The notes beneath the pieces are model-generated. The model was not told where the DNA came from and did no database searches. It saw only the letters and a list, made by a program, of their open reading frames with translations. Positions 42,969 to 52,711 of a DNA stretch of 64,000 nt are shown here, piece after piece (the first letter of the stretch is position 1; every line of letters begins with the position of its first letter). A program made the position numbers and the translations under genes. Origin of the DNA: Acidobacteriota bacterium (GTDB lineage: Bacteria; Acidobacteriota; Vicinamibacteria; Marinacidobacterales; SMYC01); assembly GCA_004356105.1 (NCBI GenBank), contig SMYC01000060.1, positions 1,194-65,193 on the forward strand, read 5' to 3'.

Positions 42969-44624
42969 TTACGCGGGGGTCAACTTGGCCGGGCTCGAGA
43001 TGCGATAGAGGTCCGCCTGGAGCTCGCCAATCTGTTGATAGCGCTCTGCCGGATCTTTCGCCATGCAACGGACGATGATGGCCTCGAGCGCTTCGGGGAT
43101 TGTCGGGTTCACCGAGCGCGGCGTCGGAGCCACTTCATGGACGTGTTTCAAAGCAACGCTAAACGCGGAATCGCCGGAGAACGGGAGCGCTCCAGTGAAC
43201 ATCTCGAAGAACACGACCCCGACCGAATAGATGTCGCTTCGGAAATCGAGGTCGCTCTTTCCTTGGGCTTGCTCGGGCGACATGTAATCCGGTGTCCCCA
43301 TCACGAGCCCCGTCTGGGTCGTGCTGACTTTTTCTTGCTCCCGCACGATGCCGAAGTCCATGAGCTTCACTTCGCTCTGGTAGGTCAGCATGATGTTCTG
43401 CGGTTTGACGTCGCGGTGCACGACTTTGGCCTCATGAGCGGCGGCAAGGCCTGCGCAAGTCTGCTTCGCTATCTGGAGCCCAACGTTCACGGGTAAACAT
43501 CCGCGGCTCCGGATCAGCTGCTTGAGGGTCATGCCTTGCACGAACTCCATGCTGATGAACTGGATGCCGTCCGCTTCCCCGAAATCGAAAGTGCGGACGA
43601 TGTTGCGATGCGCGATGCGCCGGGCGACGCGAATCTCCGTTTTGAACCGCTCGAGGATGCTCGGGTCCATCGACAATGTCTCCGGACGCAGCACTTTGAG
43701 TGCCACCGGCTCGTCCAGATCGCGGTCATGGGCTTGAAAGACCACGCCCATCCCGCCGCTTCCGAGAACGCGTCGAATCTCGTAGCGCTTGGCGAGGATC
43801 GTCCCAGGCTCGAGGGAGCTCAGCGTCATCGCCGGCCGTTGTGGCTCCTCTGGTCCCCCGGCGCCCGCCGCCCACGTCCCCTCTCCATCCGGCGCCGCGG
43901 CGGAGCGCGCCTCGAAGATTTGACTCTGGCGCATCGTTCCGGTGGCGAGGCTGAACACACCCACCGGCTCGTCGACGCCGTGCAGCTTCATGGGAGTGAT
44001 CGCTTCGCCGGAGATCCGATCCTTGACCGTTTCGAAAGCGTCCTGTGACAGCAGCACGTCGCCGGGGAGCGCTTCGGAGGCGAGCCGTCCCGCGATGTGG
44101 ACCACCGGGCCGAGCAGCGAATAGTCGAGACGATCGGCGCTGCCGACGGCTCCGAACACGGCATCGCCCGCGCTCACGCCAATACCAGGAACGAGCACGT
44201 GGTCCGAGCCCGCGTCGTCGAGCTCCATCAAGTGCTGGATCGAAATGGCGCAGCTGATCGCGGGCCACACGCGATCGTCACCTTTGAATACGGCCATCAT
44301 GCGGTCACCGATAAACTTATCGACCAGACCGCCATAGCGTTTGACCAGCTCCGCCTGGCGGCTCAAGGCGTCGTTCACTCGCGACAGCACATCGGCAGGC
44401 TCGCTTACGCCATCGCGAAACGCCGCGTGTGACTTCAAGTCAGAGAACAGGACCGTGACAGGCTGACGCTCCCCCACCCCTATATTGGCGCCCGAACGTT
44501 GGATCATCTCGGCGGCCGAATGGGAAATGAACTTTTCCATCTCCTGTTTTTCTCGAAGCTCGCGCAAGAGGACGCGAAAGGACTTGGCAAGGGCCCCAAT
44601 CTCGTCGGCCGAGTGGATCTCCAC
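42969..44624 (-). CDS. Signalling fusion of a partial HAMP, a class III adenylate/guanylate cyclase domain, and a Ser/Thr protein kinase.
   Basis: The N-terminus starts with the HAMP AS2 helix (DEIGALAKSFRVLL). The cyclase domain reads VTVLFSDLKSH...FIGDRMMAVFK. The kinase has GSGGMGVVFQA, HRDVKPQNIML, DFGIV and SPE. The start is GTG 44624, and an in-frame TAA lies 150 nt upstream. Confidence 0.75.
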   Translation of the reverse strand: MEIHSADEIGALAKSFRVLLRELREKQEMEKFISHSAAEMIQRSGANIGVGERQPVTVLFSDLKSHAAFRDGVSEPADVLSRVNDALSRQAELVKRYGGLVDKFIGDRMMAVFKGDDRVWPAISCAISIQHLMELDDAGSDHVLVPGIGVSAGDAVFGAVGSADRLDYSLLGPVVHIAGRLASEALPGDVLLSQDAFETVKDRISGEAITPMKLHGVDEPVGVFSLATGTMRQSQIFEARSAAAPDGEGTWAAGAGGPEEPQRPAMTLSSLEPGTILAKRYEIRRVLGSGGMGVVFQAHDRDLDEPVALKVLRPETLSMDPSILERFKTEIRVARRIAHRNIVRTFDFGEADGIQFISMEFVQGMTLKQLIRSRGCLPVNVGLQIAKQTCAGLAAAHEAKVVHRDVKPQNIMLTYQSEVKLMDFGIVREQEKVSTTQTGLVMGTPDYMSPEQAQGKSDLDFRSDIYSVGVVFFEMFTGALPFSGDSAFSVALKHVHEVAPTPRSVNPTIPEALEAIIVRCMAKDPAERYQQIGELQADLYRISSPAKLTPA

Positions 44625-44884
44625 CTCGCTTCCATAGACCCCGGCGCGCTCTTTACGGCCATCGAGCCCGTCCTGCGGGTGAGCCGGATCAAGAACGATT
44701 TCCGAGCGCCGCCGGGGTTCGCCGCCCCGAGCGTCGTGTGGGATTGGACGAAGATCGATGTCGGCGTGCGCATTGCGATATTACAGAACGTCGACCTCTT
44801 CGCCGAATATGCCTTTCACGATATCGAAGCGAGCAAACAAATCGGGCATGACGAGTTCTTGATGACGCTGCGTTGGGCTTTTCC

Positions 44885-45424
44885 CTAATCGAAATAGCCG
44901 CGTTTCAACGTGACGCCCAAGGTTTCGTAGGTGTCGTCCGGGAGCCTCGCGATGACGCCGTAGAGACGGATAGCGGGGAGCGTCGGGCGGCGGGAGACGT
45001 CGATCCGAACGACGTAGATCTCGAGCTTTCGATAGCGGTAGACGTAGCGGCCTTCGGCGTCGACTCCCGCGACCTCTAAATCCGCCTTCTTCGCGGCCGT
45101 TCCGGTGATAACGAGGCCGTCTTGCGAAACAACGATGTCCTCCTCACGCGAGACCCGCGCGCTCGTGGTGTGGCTTTCGAACCCGCGTATGCGAAAGGTC
45201 GTCCCCTGGTTCGGTTCGAGGTCCATGCCGTCAGCCGTGAGCCGATTCCGCGCTTCCTCGAAGCCCGCATAGGCGACGAACTCTTCGTCCAAGATGTCGC
45301 GAAAGTCGAGCGAGTGCCGCTGCCACCGAAACGCCATGCGCGCCAAGAGAAGCGTAGGCGGCAGCATCACGAGGATCGCGATGAGCACGACGATGAGAGC
45401 GCTGCCGCGTTCACTTTTTTGCAT
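44885..45424 (-). CDS. Pseudopilin-like minor pilin (GspK / PilX-like N-terminus).
   Basis: MQKSERGSALIVVLIAILVML resembles the GspK-type N-terminal hydrophobic segment. The protein is 179 aa, and its ATG overlaps the upstream gene's TAG. Confidence 0.45.
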   Translation of the reverse strand: MQKSERGSALIVVLIAILVMLPPTLLLARMAFRWQRHSLDFRDILDEEFVAYAGFEEARNRLTADGMDLEPNQGTTFRIRGFESHTTSARVSREEDIVVSQDGLVITGTAAKKADLEVAGVDAEGRYVYRYRKLEIYVVRIDVSRRPTLPAIRLYGVIARLPDDTYETLGVTLKRGYFD

Positions 45425-47374
45425 CTAGAGCCCCGGCACTCGCTCCCGCCAAGCATGGATCCGAACCATGGGGCTCAGTCCCGCGCCGCGCTCGACCACA
45501 CCGGCAGCGACACCCACTGCGTAGCGGCGCGAAGGCCGTGCGAGCTGGAACTTCAGGACAAGGTTTTCCTCCCACGCTCCCATGTACAGCGAGCCGAGTG
45601 AGTCGAAGGACAAGAAGTCGAGATTGTCGATGCGCAGCACACCCATTTTTTGAGCAAGCTCACCGAGCGAGAATGGAATCTCGCTCTGGTCGACGCGGCC
45701 TTCTTCGAGCTTCGTCACCCATTCACGCAGCGAAAAGAGCACCGGCGGATCCTCCCGCGGCACTCCCTCCAAAACGTCCGCCCCGCGAAGCCACGCGCGG
45801 CTCAGCTCCAGGATCACGAAGTCTCCATTGCGTGCGCGCACGAGACAAAGCAAGCTGCCTTCCACAGGATCTCGAGCTAGCGAAACGCCCGCTCCATCGA
45901 GCCTACCCACGAGCTCGGGCTCGACCGGCTCGAGCGTTTCATCGAACGCCATCCGCCAAACGCTCCCGCGCTGACCGTGTTGCAGGAGGAAGTAAAGATG
46001 CCCGTCGCTGCCTTCTACGACCGGACCTGGCGTTCCCGTCAAGCCGAACACCCGCTCGGGCTTTCCGGGTTTTCCCGAGCTGTCGAATCGATAACGATAG
46101 ATCGCCCCTTTTTCCTGGCTCATCACATACAGCGCGCCTTCGACGCCGAAGGCTATCCCTCCGGCCTGGGCGATGACGTCGGTGCCATCGAAAGCAATGA
46201 CCTCGGACTCGCTCGAGAAATTACCGTTCTCGTCGGGCAACATTCGGGTAATGTGGCCGATACGAAGGCCCGCCGCCGCGACGAACAAAGAGCCCGCGAG
46301 CGGCCCTCGCTCAGGCCCGAGAACCGCCGCGACCGGTCCCCGCACGTCTTCAAAAAAAGCAACGCTGTCAACGGTCGCGCTCATGAACTGCTGCTCCATT
46401 TGGAACGTGTAGACATAGCTCGGGTCTCGGCGCGGATTCGTGCCCGCGCCCACGACAACGCCCCGGTCCGCAGCGGGACGAGACACAACGGCTATGGGAT
46501 GTTCGAGCGGGTACAGGATGCGCGACAGCCGGAACCCGATATCGGGACGTTCAAAATCCACCGTGCCCGACGCGGGTCTCAAAGAAACGGCGGTCACAAT
46601 CGAGAGCGGCTCGAGCGCGCCCGCCTTAACTGAATATTGGAGCTTCAACCTTATCGTCTCGAGATGGGAATATTCATCTTCGACTTTGGCCGCAGAAATG
46701 ACCTTCCCGTTCGCATCGAGATAGACGAAGGTCAGCGCAATGATGTCGCGCGCGAGCACCCGGCTCGTCACACCCGTAACATCCTTGACGAGCTCCTTCC
46801 CTTCACCCTCCCCGGACGCACGCAAGTAGTAGCGAACTTCGCGCAGCCCCAGCGCACGGGTGGCTGCGTTCTGGGTGAAACGGTTGCGGAAGTCGCCACT
46901 CGTCGTCTCGAGCGAGCGAAGTTTCATCCAAAGAGGTGACCGCTTGACGACCTCCGCGACTTCGTTGCTACGTCGCGCATCGGTCAGCAGCACCGTCTCG
47001 CCCGGCTCGAAAGCGTCCGCGCCCGTGAAAGCGAGCTCCGTGTCCGTCTCGATGAGCCCCGACGTGAGATAGCCCGCTGTGAGGTTCGGGTTCGAGCGCA
47101 AGGTCAAGGCGAACGAGCTCACCTCGCCACCCGGGACACGCGGCATCACCGCGACAACGCCTTCACCTAGTCCTTGCCCGGCGAGCGTGAGCTCATATCC
47201 GATGTCGTCGAGCGCACGTGTGATGCTTGACGAAGCGGCGGCGAGATCGCTTTGCGCGCGAAAGATGCGCGCGACATCTCGGAGCGTTCTCGCGACGAGC
47301 GCCATCACGACGAGCGTGATCCCGAGCGCTATGAGCACCTCGAGCAGTGTGTAGCCGCGCTCGTCCCTCGTCAA
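45425..47374 (-). CDS. Large (649 aa) protein with a type IV pilin / prepilin-type N-terminal methylation domain and a C-terminal beta-rich domain.
   Basis: The N-terminus MTRDERGYTLLEVLIALGITLVVMALV carries the G(F/Y)TLxE prepilin cleavage/methylation motif. The C-terminal 450 aa are rich in G/V/S/T strands. Confidence 0.6.
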   Translation of the reverse strand: MTRDERGYTLLEVLIALGITLVVMALVARTLRDVARIFRAQSDLAAASSSITRALDDIGYELTLAGQGLGEGVVAVMPRVPGGEVSSFALTLRSNPNLTAGYLTSGLIETDTELAFTGADAFEPGETVLLTDARRSNEVAEVVKRSPLWMKLRSLETTSGDFRNRFTQNAATRALGLREVRYYLRASGEGEGKELVKDVTGVTSRVLARDIIALTFVYLDANGKVISAAKVEDEYSHLETIRLKLQYSVKAGALEPLSIVTAVSLRPASGTVDFERPDIGFRLSRILYPLEHPIAVVSRPAADRGVVVGAGTNPRRDPSYVYTFQMEQQFMSATVDSVAFFEDVRGPVAAVLGPERGPLAGSLFVAAAGLRIGHITRMLPDENGNFSSESEVIAFDGTDVIAQAGGIAFGVEGALYVMSQEKGAIYRYRFDSSGKPGKPERVFGLTGTPGPVVEGSDGHLYFLLQHGQRGSVWRMAFDETLEPVEPELVGRLDGAGVSLARDPVEGSLLCLVRARNGDFVILELSRAWLRGADVLEGVPREDPPVLFSLREWVTKLEEGRVDQSEIPFSLGELAQKMGVLRIDNLDFLSFDSLGSLYMGAWEENLVLKFQLARPSRRYAVGVAAGVVERGAGLSPMVRIHAWRERVPGL

Positions 47375-47455
47375 TTTGGGCTCCTTCGTCGAAACTGTAT
47401 GAGCTAGGTATTAATGATGGCACACTCTTTTGAATCGGTCAGCGGCGCACGGACG

Positions 47456-48091
47456 TCAGGGACGAAAGGAACCGTTGTCGAGAAAGTGCAGGCATAGATC
47501 GAACGTCTCGGCAGCGTACATGATGAACGTGTGGGTGCGGTCGACTTCGACCCAATCGCGCATGCCGTCGAGCTTCGTGTTCTCGACGCGCACGACCCCG
47601 TCATTGGCGTCGCGGAACCCGATGCGATGACCACAATTACCCGCGATCACGCCGAACTCGACATCAGGGACTGGAAGCGTTCGAAAGAACGCGTCATCGC
47701 CGAGTTTTTGTCCGCTGTCCCCGGTGAGCCACTGATAGACACGCAGGTGGCGCATCATGCTCGCTAGAGCAGCCGGGCCATTCGGCGGCGCGAGCATGAC
47801 GATGCGCTTCAACCCCGCGCGGTACCCCTCCTGGAAGCCGTTGCGAACAATGATATTTCCGAGCGAATGGCCGATGAGGTGATATTGAGGTGCTCGGACT
47901 TGGTTCTCGACGAGCTCCCGAAGTCGCACCGTGAGCTGGTCGAGGGTGGATTTGCGCGGGCTATAGCCGAACCAATGCACTTCGTAGCCGGCGTTGCGCA
48001 AGCGCAGCCCGAGAACGGCCATGGACATCCAGGTACGGCCCATTCCGTGCAACAGGATGACGGCCTGCTCCCGGGCCGGTGGCCGCGTCAT
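47456..48091 (-). CDS. Alpha/beta-hydrolase (serine esterase/lipase-like, GHSLG nucleophile elbow).
   Basis: It reads [18 protein letters not shown]...[12 protein letters not shown]. Its ATG overlaps the Macro gene's TGA (ATGA). Confidence 0.7.
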   Translation of the reverse strand: MTRPPAREQAVILLHGMGRTWMSMAVLGLRLRNAGYEVHWFGYSPRKSTLDQLTVRLRELVENQVRAPQYHLIGHSLGNIIVRNGFQEGYRAGLKRIVMLAPPNGPAALASMMRHLRVYQWLTGDSGQKLGDDAFFRTLPVPDVEFGVIAGNCGHRIGFRDANDGVVRVENTKLDGMRDWVEVDRTHTFIMYAAETFDLCLHFLDNGSFRP

Positions 48092-48696
48092 GGATCCAAG
48101 GCGAGCTCGACGGCCGCGATCCGTTCGTAGACGGCAAGGTCGTTCGAGAAAAAACAGCAGAATATGACACGCTCCGGGGCCTCGTGACCGAGAAGCCACT
48201 CGCGGACCGTCGACTGTGCCACGACCGCCGCCGGCTCGATGGGATATCCGTAGATACCGGTCGAGATGCAGGGAAAGGCGACCGTGCGGAGCCCACGGCG
48301 TTCGACGAGCTCGCAAGCGTTTCGATAGCAGCTAGCGAGAAGCTCGGGCTCCCCTGCGGCTCCGCCTTGCCACACGGGGCCCACCGCGTGGATCACGTGA
48401 TTCGCCGGCAGCCGATAGCCGCGCGTCATCTTCGCCTCGCCGGTCTGAGCGCCTCCCAATCCCCGACACTCCATAAGGAGCTCGGGGCCGGCGGCCCCGT
48501 GGATGGCGCCGTCAACGCCTCCGCCACCGAGAAGACTCGACTTCGCGGCGTTCACGACGGCATCGACCGCAAGCTCCGTGATGTCCCCTTGCACGATTTC
48601 GACACGTCCTTCCAGGTACACTCGAGGCGACCTCCGGAAATCGATCATAGCGCGACCCCGCTCATTTGCTATCCTAATTAATAGTCCAGAAACCAA
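48088..48696 (-). CDS. Macro-domain protein (O-acetyl-ADP-ribose deacetylase, YmdB/MacroD-like).
   Basis: It has the Macro-domain motifs [20 protein letters not shown] and HAVGPVW. Confidence 0.8.
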   Translation of the reverse strand: MVSGLLIRIANERGRAMIDFRRSPRVYLEGRVEIVQGDITELAVDAVVNAAKSSLLGGGGVDGAIHGAAGPELLMECRGLGGAQTGEAKMTRGYRLPANHVIHAVGPVWQGGAAGEPELLASCYRNACELVERRGLRTVAFPCISTGIYGYPIEPAAVVAQSTVREWLLGHEAPERVIFCCFFSNDLAVYERIAAVELALDP

Positions 48697-48770
48697 TTCG
48701 AAAGATGCCCGTTCGGCGAGGGTCTTCCCGCGTCCGTGGGCCTCACAGCGGATCCATCGAGCGATTTTCT

Positions 48771-51700
48771 ATGGCAGAGCGTTACGCCCTCGTCATCGAC
48801 GACGACACCACGTTTCGTGATCGGGTCTCCGGACTCCTCGCGCCGCACAAGATCGTTGTAACGGGCGCCTCGGACAAAGACGAGGTCCTGTCCCTTCTCG
48901 AAGACCGGCGCCCCGTTCTCGTGATCCTCGCGGTAGAGCTTCCCGACAAAGATGGCTTCGCTCTTTTTCGTAAAGTGAAGAAGGCGGACTTCGACGTTCC
49001 CGTCATTATTACAACTGCGACGGTAGCGAAGGCCGAGCTCAGCCGACACGAGACACAGCCATCCCACGCAGAGTACTACCTCCAAAAAGACGAGATCTCC
49101 GACTCGGACCTTCTAAACGCGATCGCGAAGGCCGGCCGTCTCGACCTCACTTCGCCAGACACGACCGCGCGAGCCGAGCCTTCGGCCTCCGAGGAGGATG
49201 TCGCCGAATCCGCGGAGAGCATCGGCGACGACCTCGACCCCCGTTTGGCGAGATATCTGGATGACGAGACCACCACCATTTTCGCCCAGATCGACGAGCG
49301 CGCGCTCGAGGAGCACAGCCAGCGCAACCCGGCGACGCAGCAAGGCGAGGTCTCCGCAGAGCGTGTCGCCGAGCTCGAGAGCGAAGTGGATCGGCTCACG
49401 GACGAGCTCGATCAATCCCGCAGCGCCGCGCGCAGCTCGCCGTTCTCGAAAGACTTCCTGAAACTCCGCGACGTCGCGAGCCAGAAAGACAAAGAGATCC
49501 ACGTTCTAACGGACTCGCTCGCCGACCGCGAATCCCAGGTGCGCGTCGTCAGGCGCAAGCTGTCCGAGCTCGTAAAGCGCTTCGTCGGACCGGAATCGTG
49601 GGACGGCGAAGATCAGGACGAGCTGCGAGCCCTCACCGAAGAGCTCGACCATTCGCGGGCGAAGTTTCGAGATCTAACCGAGCACGTCGAAGCCACCGAG
49701 CTCCGGCACAAGCAAGAGATTGACGAAATAGCCAAACGACTCGTCAAGACGCAGCGAGCGCGTGACCAAGAACGCGACGAGGCGGCCGAGCTCCGACGCG
49801 GTCTCGAAGGCGCCGAATCCACGCTCGGAGAGGTACGGCAGCAATCCGACCAAGAGAACGACGACCAGCAACGTGAGCGCAAAGACCTCACGAAGCGGCT
49901 CGTCCTCACCCAGCGCGAGCGCAACCAAGGTCGCGAAGAAGCCACAGAGCTCAAAGGACTCCTCGAGAGTCTCGAGGTCAAGCACGCTGAGCTCACCGAG
50001 CAAACGGACGCGACAAAAGCTCGGCACGAGCGCGAGAGCGCGGAGCTCACTGAACGGCTCGAGGCCGGCCAGAAAGCTCGGGACGAGGCGCGCCAGGAGA
50101 CGGCTGAAGTTCGCGGGCTTCTCGACGGTGTCCGCGCGAAGCTCGAAAAACTCACCGGAGAGGCCGAGGCGACCCGTGCCAAACACGAGCAGGAGGCCGA
50201 GGAGCTGACGAACCGACTCGTCGTGACCCAACGCGATCGAGACGAACGACGCGAAGAAGTCACCGAGCTTCGGAGCCTGGTGACGGTATTCCAGGCCAAG
50301 ATCGAACAGCAGACGGAAAAAGCCGAGGAGTCACGAAGCAAACACGAGCAAGACGCCGCCGTGCTCGAGGAGCGAGTCGTCACGGGCAAGAGGGAGCGTG
50401 ACAAGATCCGAGAGGAAGCCGCGGACCTCGCTGAACGCCTCTCCGAAGCCAAGGCCAAGCTCACCAAGACGGTTGCAGAGGCCAACAAAGCGCAAGGCCG
50501 CTACGAACAGCAGAACGAAGCTCTCGAGCAGAAAGTCTCCGCGGAGACGGCCAGCGCGGCCCAAGCGCATGTCGAGCTCGAGACCGGACTCTCAGAGCTG
50601 CGGCTTCAGCACGCGCACGAGCTTCAGGAGCACAACGCGAACCAAAAGGCGGAAATCAAGAAGCGCGAGAAGACTCTCGCGGAGGAAAAAGCCGCGGCGA
50701 TGAACGAGCTCAAAAAGAAGCTCGATACGAGGCTTCGACAGTCGGAGACCAGCCACACGCGCTCGCTCGCGGCTTTGGGCGAGGAGCACGTCAAAGAGTT
50801 GGCCTCCGTCCATTCGGGCCATGGTGAAGCGAGGCGGCGCGCCGCCACGGAAGTCCAAGAAGCTCTCGAGGAAGCATCCAAGAAGAACGCCGCCGCCCTC
50901 AAGCAGTCGGACGAACAGCGCGCCGCCCAGCTCCTGCAAGCGGAAAACAAGCGCGTCGCGGAAGTCACGTCTCTCGAACAACGCTATGAGGAACGGCTTG
51001 CGTCGCTCACTCAAAGCCATGCCGCCGAGACCAGCGCCCTCGACCAGAAGGCCAAAGCCGCGATTCGGTCGAACGAGCAGATGCTCGAAGAGGTCACAGC
51101 TAAAGTCCAGGATGTGTTGAAGAGCTGGGAGACGGAGCGCACAGCGCATTACCAGACGCGCGAGCGCTACGAGAAGGAGACGACGGAGCTCCAGAAAAGC
51201 CATACGAAGAATCTCGCGACGGCGGAGCAGGACCAATTCGCGGCGCTCGCGGGCATGTCGCGCAAGTTCAAGGAAGACCGCACGGCCGCGCTCGAGGTGG
51301 AACGGCGGCGGTGGCAGGAGATAGCAGCCGACCTACAAACAAAACATGCGGAGGCTCTCGGCTCTCTCAAGACCCAGCATGAGGACGAGCTCGAGCAACG
51401 CGACAAGGTGCACGACAAGACCATCGAGCAAAAGAGGCGCGAAGCGATGCAAGTACAAAAAGCGGCGCTCGAGCGCAAGGCCGCTTCACATCACAAAGCG
51501 TTAGAAAAGATGGGGCGCGAGCACGCCGACGAAATCGTTTCCTGGCGTCAAAAGAGCGAACAAAGCGTCGCAGGGCTCCGACAGAGCCACATGAAAGTCC
51601 TCGCCGACCGCGATCGCGACGCGGAGCACACGCTTCGCACCACGGTCGAGCAGCTCAAGAAAGACCACGGCCGTCATCAAGAAAAATTGCGCGACGCGCA

Positions 51701-52679
51701 GGCGCAAATGGTCAACGCGCTGCGCGGCGAGTATGGGAAAGAGCTCCAAACCATGGAGCAAGCTCAACGCAGCGCGCTCGCGCTCCAGGAGCAAGCCGCC
51801 CACACAGCGCTCAGCGCAGTCGAGGAAGAACGAGATGAATCCCGGGTGATGATCGACGGCCTACGGGCCGAAATCGCCGAGATGGCCGCGAAACACCGCT
51901 CGAGCACTCGGGTCGCCGAAGAGGCACACAATGCCGAGGCCAAGGAGCTCAAAAAGGAGCTCGAGTCCAGCCGAGCACGGCTCGAAGTGGAACGACAGGC
52001 GCTCCAGGCCTCGATGGCGAAGCTCGAGCGTGAATCGTCCGGCGAGCTCAAACAAGCCAACGAATCGCTGCAGCACGAAAAGAAGCTTCACGTGGCGACG
52101 CGCGAGAGATATGAGCGACGCGTGAACGAGCTCAAGACCCGCCACAGCTTGGGGATCGACCGCGTCGAAAGTGACTGGATCGACAAGCTCGAACACTTGG
52201 AGACGAGCTTGAGAGCGAAAGCCGAGAAGGCCGTCGTCACCGCGGAGCAGGACTGGAAGGGTAAGCTCGAATCACTGCGGAGGGAATACGAAGAAGTGGT
52301 CGAGAGCTCGCGGAAGGAGTTCGAGCTCGAGCTCGCCGCCGCGATCCGGGCATCGGAGGGTGCTCGCTCCATCGAGGAATCCTACGAAGCGGCTTCGCGC
52401 GAGCTCAGCACTTTGAACGCAAAACTCGAGAAACTAGAGACCGAGCTCTCCGTAGCAAGGCACGAAATCGTCGAGCGCGACACAACCATCCAATCCAACT
52501 CCCGCAAGGCCGCCGAGCACCAGCAGACGGTCGATTCCCTGAAAGCCGTCATCAACGACTTCTCACGATCCGTCGACGGCTACGTCGAGGACGGCGACGA
52601 AAAGACGCATGAAAAGATCAATTCCCTGAAAGCCGTCATCGACGACATGTATCGCAGCATCGACGGCCCAAAAAACTAG
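48771..52679 (+). CDS. Response-regulator receiver domain fused to a coiled-coil region of about 1150 aa (AglZ/FrzS-like architecture).
   Basis: The REC domain reads MAERYALVIDDD...VLVILAVELPDKDGF. It is followed by E/R/K/A/Q-rich heptad sequence with about 53-aa tandem repeats (…TQRARDQERDEAAELRRGLEGA…, …TQRERNQGREEATELKGLLES…, …TQRDRDERREEVTELRSLV…). The C-terminus has a duplicated motif SLKAVINDFSRSVDG / SLKAVIDDMYRSIDG. The start could alternatively be ATG 48705. Confidence 0.75.
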   Translation: MAERYALVIDDDTTFRDRVSGLLAPHKIVVTGASDKDEVLSLLEDRRPVLVILAVELPDKDGFALFRKVKKADFDVPVIITTATVAKAELSRHETQPSHAEYYLQKDEISDSDLLNAIAKAGRLDLTSPDTTARAEPSASEEDVAESAESIGDDLDPRLARYLDDETTTIFAQIDERALEEHSQRNPATQQGEVSAERVAELESEVDRLTDELDQSRSAARSSPFSKDFLKLRDVASQKDKEIHVLTDSLADRESQVRVVRRKLSELVKRFVGPESWDGEDQDELRALTEELDHSRAKFRDLTEHVEATELRHKQEIDEIAKRLVKTQRARDQERDEAAELRRGLEGAESTLGEVRQQSDQENDDQQRERKDLTKRLVLTQRERNQGREEATELKGLLESLEVKHAELTEQTDATKARHERESAELTERLEAGQKARDEARQETAEVRGLLDGVRAKLEKLTGEAEATRAKHEQEAEELTNRLVVTQRDRDERREEVTELRSLVTVFQAKIEQQTEKAEESRSKHEQDAAVLEERVVTGKRERDKIREEAADLAERLSEAKAKLTKTVAEANKAQGRYEQQNEALEQKVSAETASAAQAHVELETGLSELRLQHAHELQEHNANQKAEIKKREKTLAEEKAAAMNELKKKLDTRLRQSETSHTRSLAALGEEHVKELASVHSGHGEARRRAATEVQEALEEASKKNAAALKQSDEQRAAQLLQAENKRVAEVTSLEQRYEERLASLTQSHAAETSALDQKAKAAIRSNEQMLEEVTAKVQDVLKSWETERTAHYQTRERYEKETTELQKSHTKNLATAEQDQFAALAGMSRKFKEDRTAALEVERRRWQEIAADLQTKHAEALGSLKTQHEDELEQRDKVHDKTIEQKRREAMQVQKAALERKAASHHKALEKMGREHADEIVSWRQKSEQSVAGLRQSHMKVLADRDRDAEHTLRTTVEQLKKDHGRHQEKLRDAQAQMVNALRGEYGKELQTMEQAQRSALALQEQAAHTALSAVEEERDESRVMIDGLRAEIAEMAAKHRSSTRVAEEAHNAEAKELKKELESSRARLEVERQALQASMAKLERESSGELKQANESLQHEKKLHVATRERYERRVNELKTRHSLGIDRVESDWIDKLEHLETSLRAKAEKAVVTAEQDWKGKLESLRREYEEVVESSRKEFELELAAAIRASEGARSIEESYEAASRELSTLNAKLEKLETELSVARHEIVERDTTIQSNSRKAAEHQQTVDSLKAVINDFSRSVDGYVEDGDEKTHEKINSLKAVIDDMYRSIDGPKN
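49650..50550 (+). repeat. Diverged about 159-nt tandem coding repeats inside the coiled-coil gene.
   Basis: The recurring protein unit is ...ELT(N/E)RLV(V/L)TQR(D/E)R(D/N)..REE.TEL(R/K).L... The DNA repeats are diverged, not identical. Confidence 0.45.
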
Positions 52680-52711
52680 GCGACACACCCCTCGTCGGGG
52701 AGTTAGGGAGG

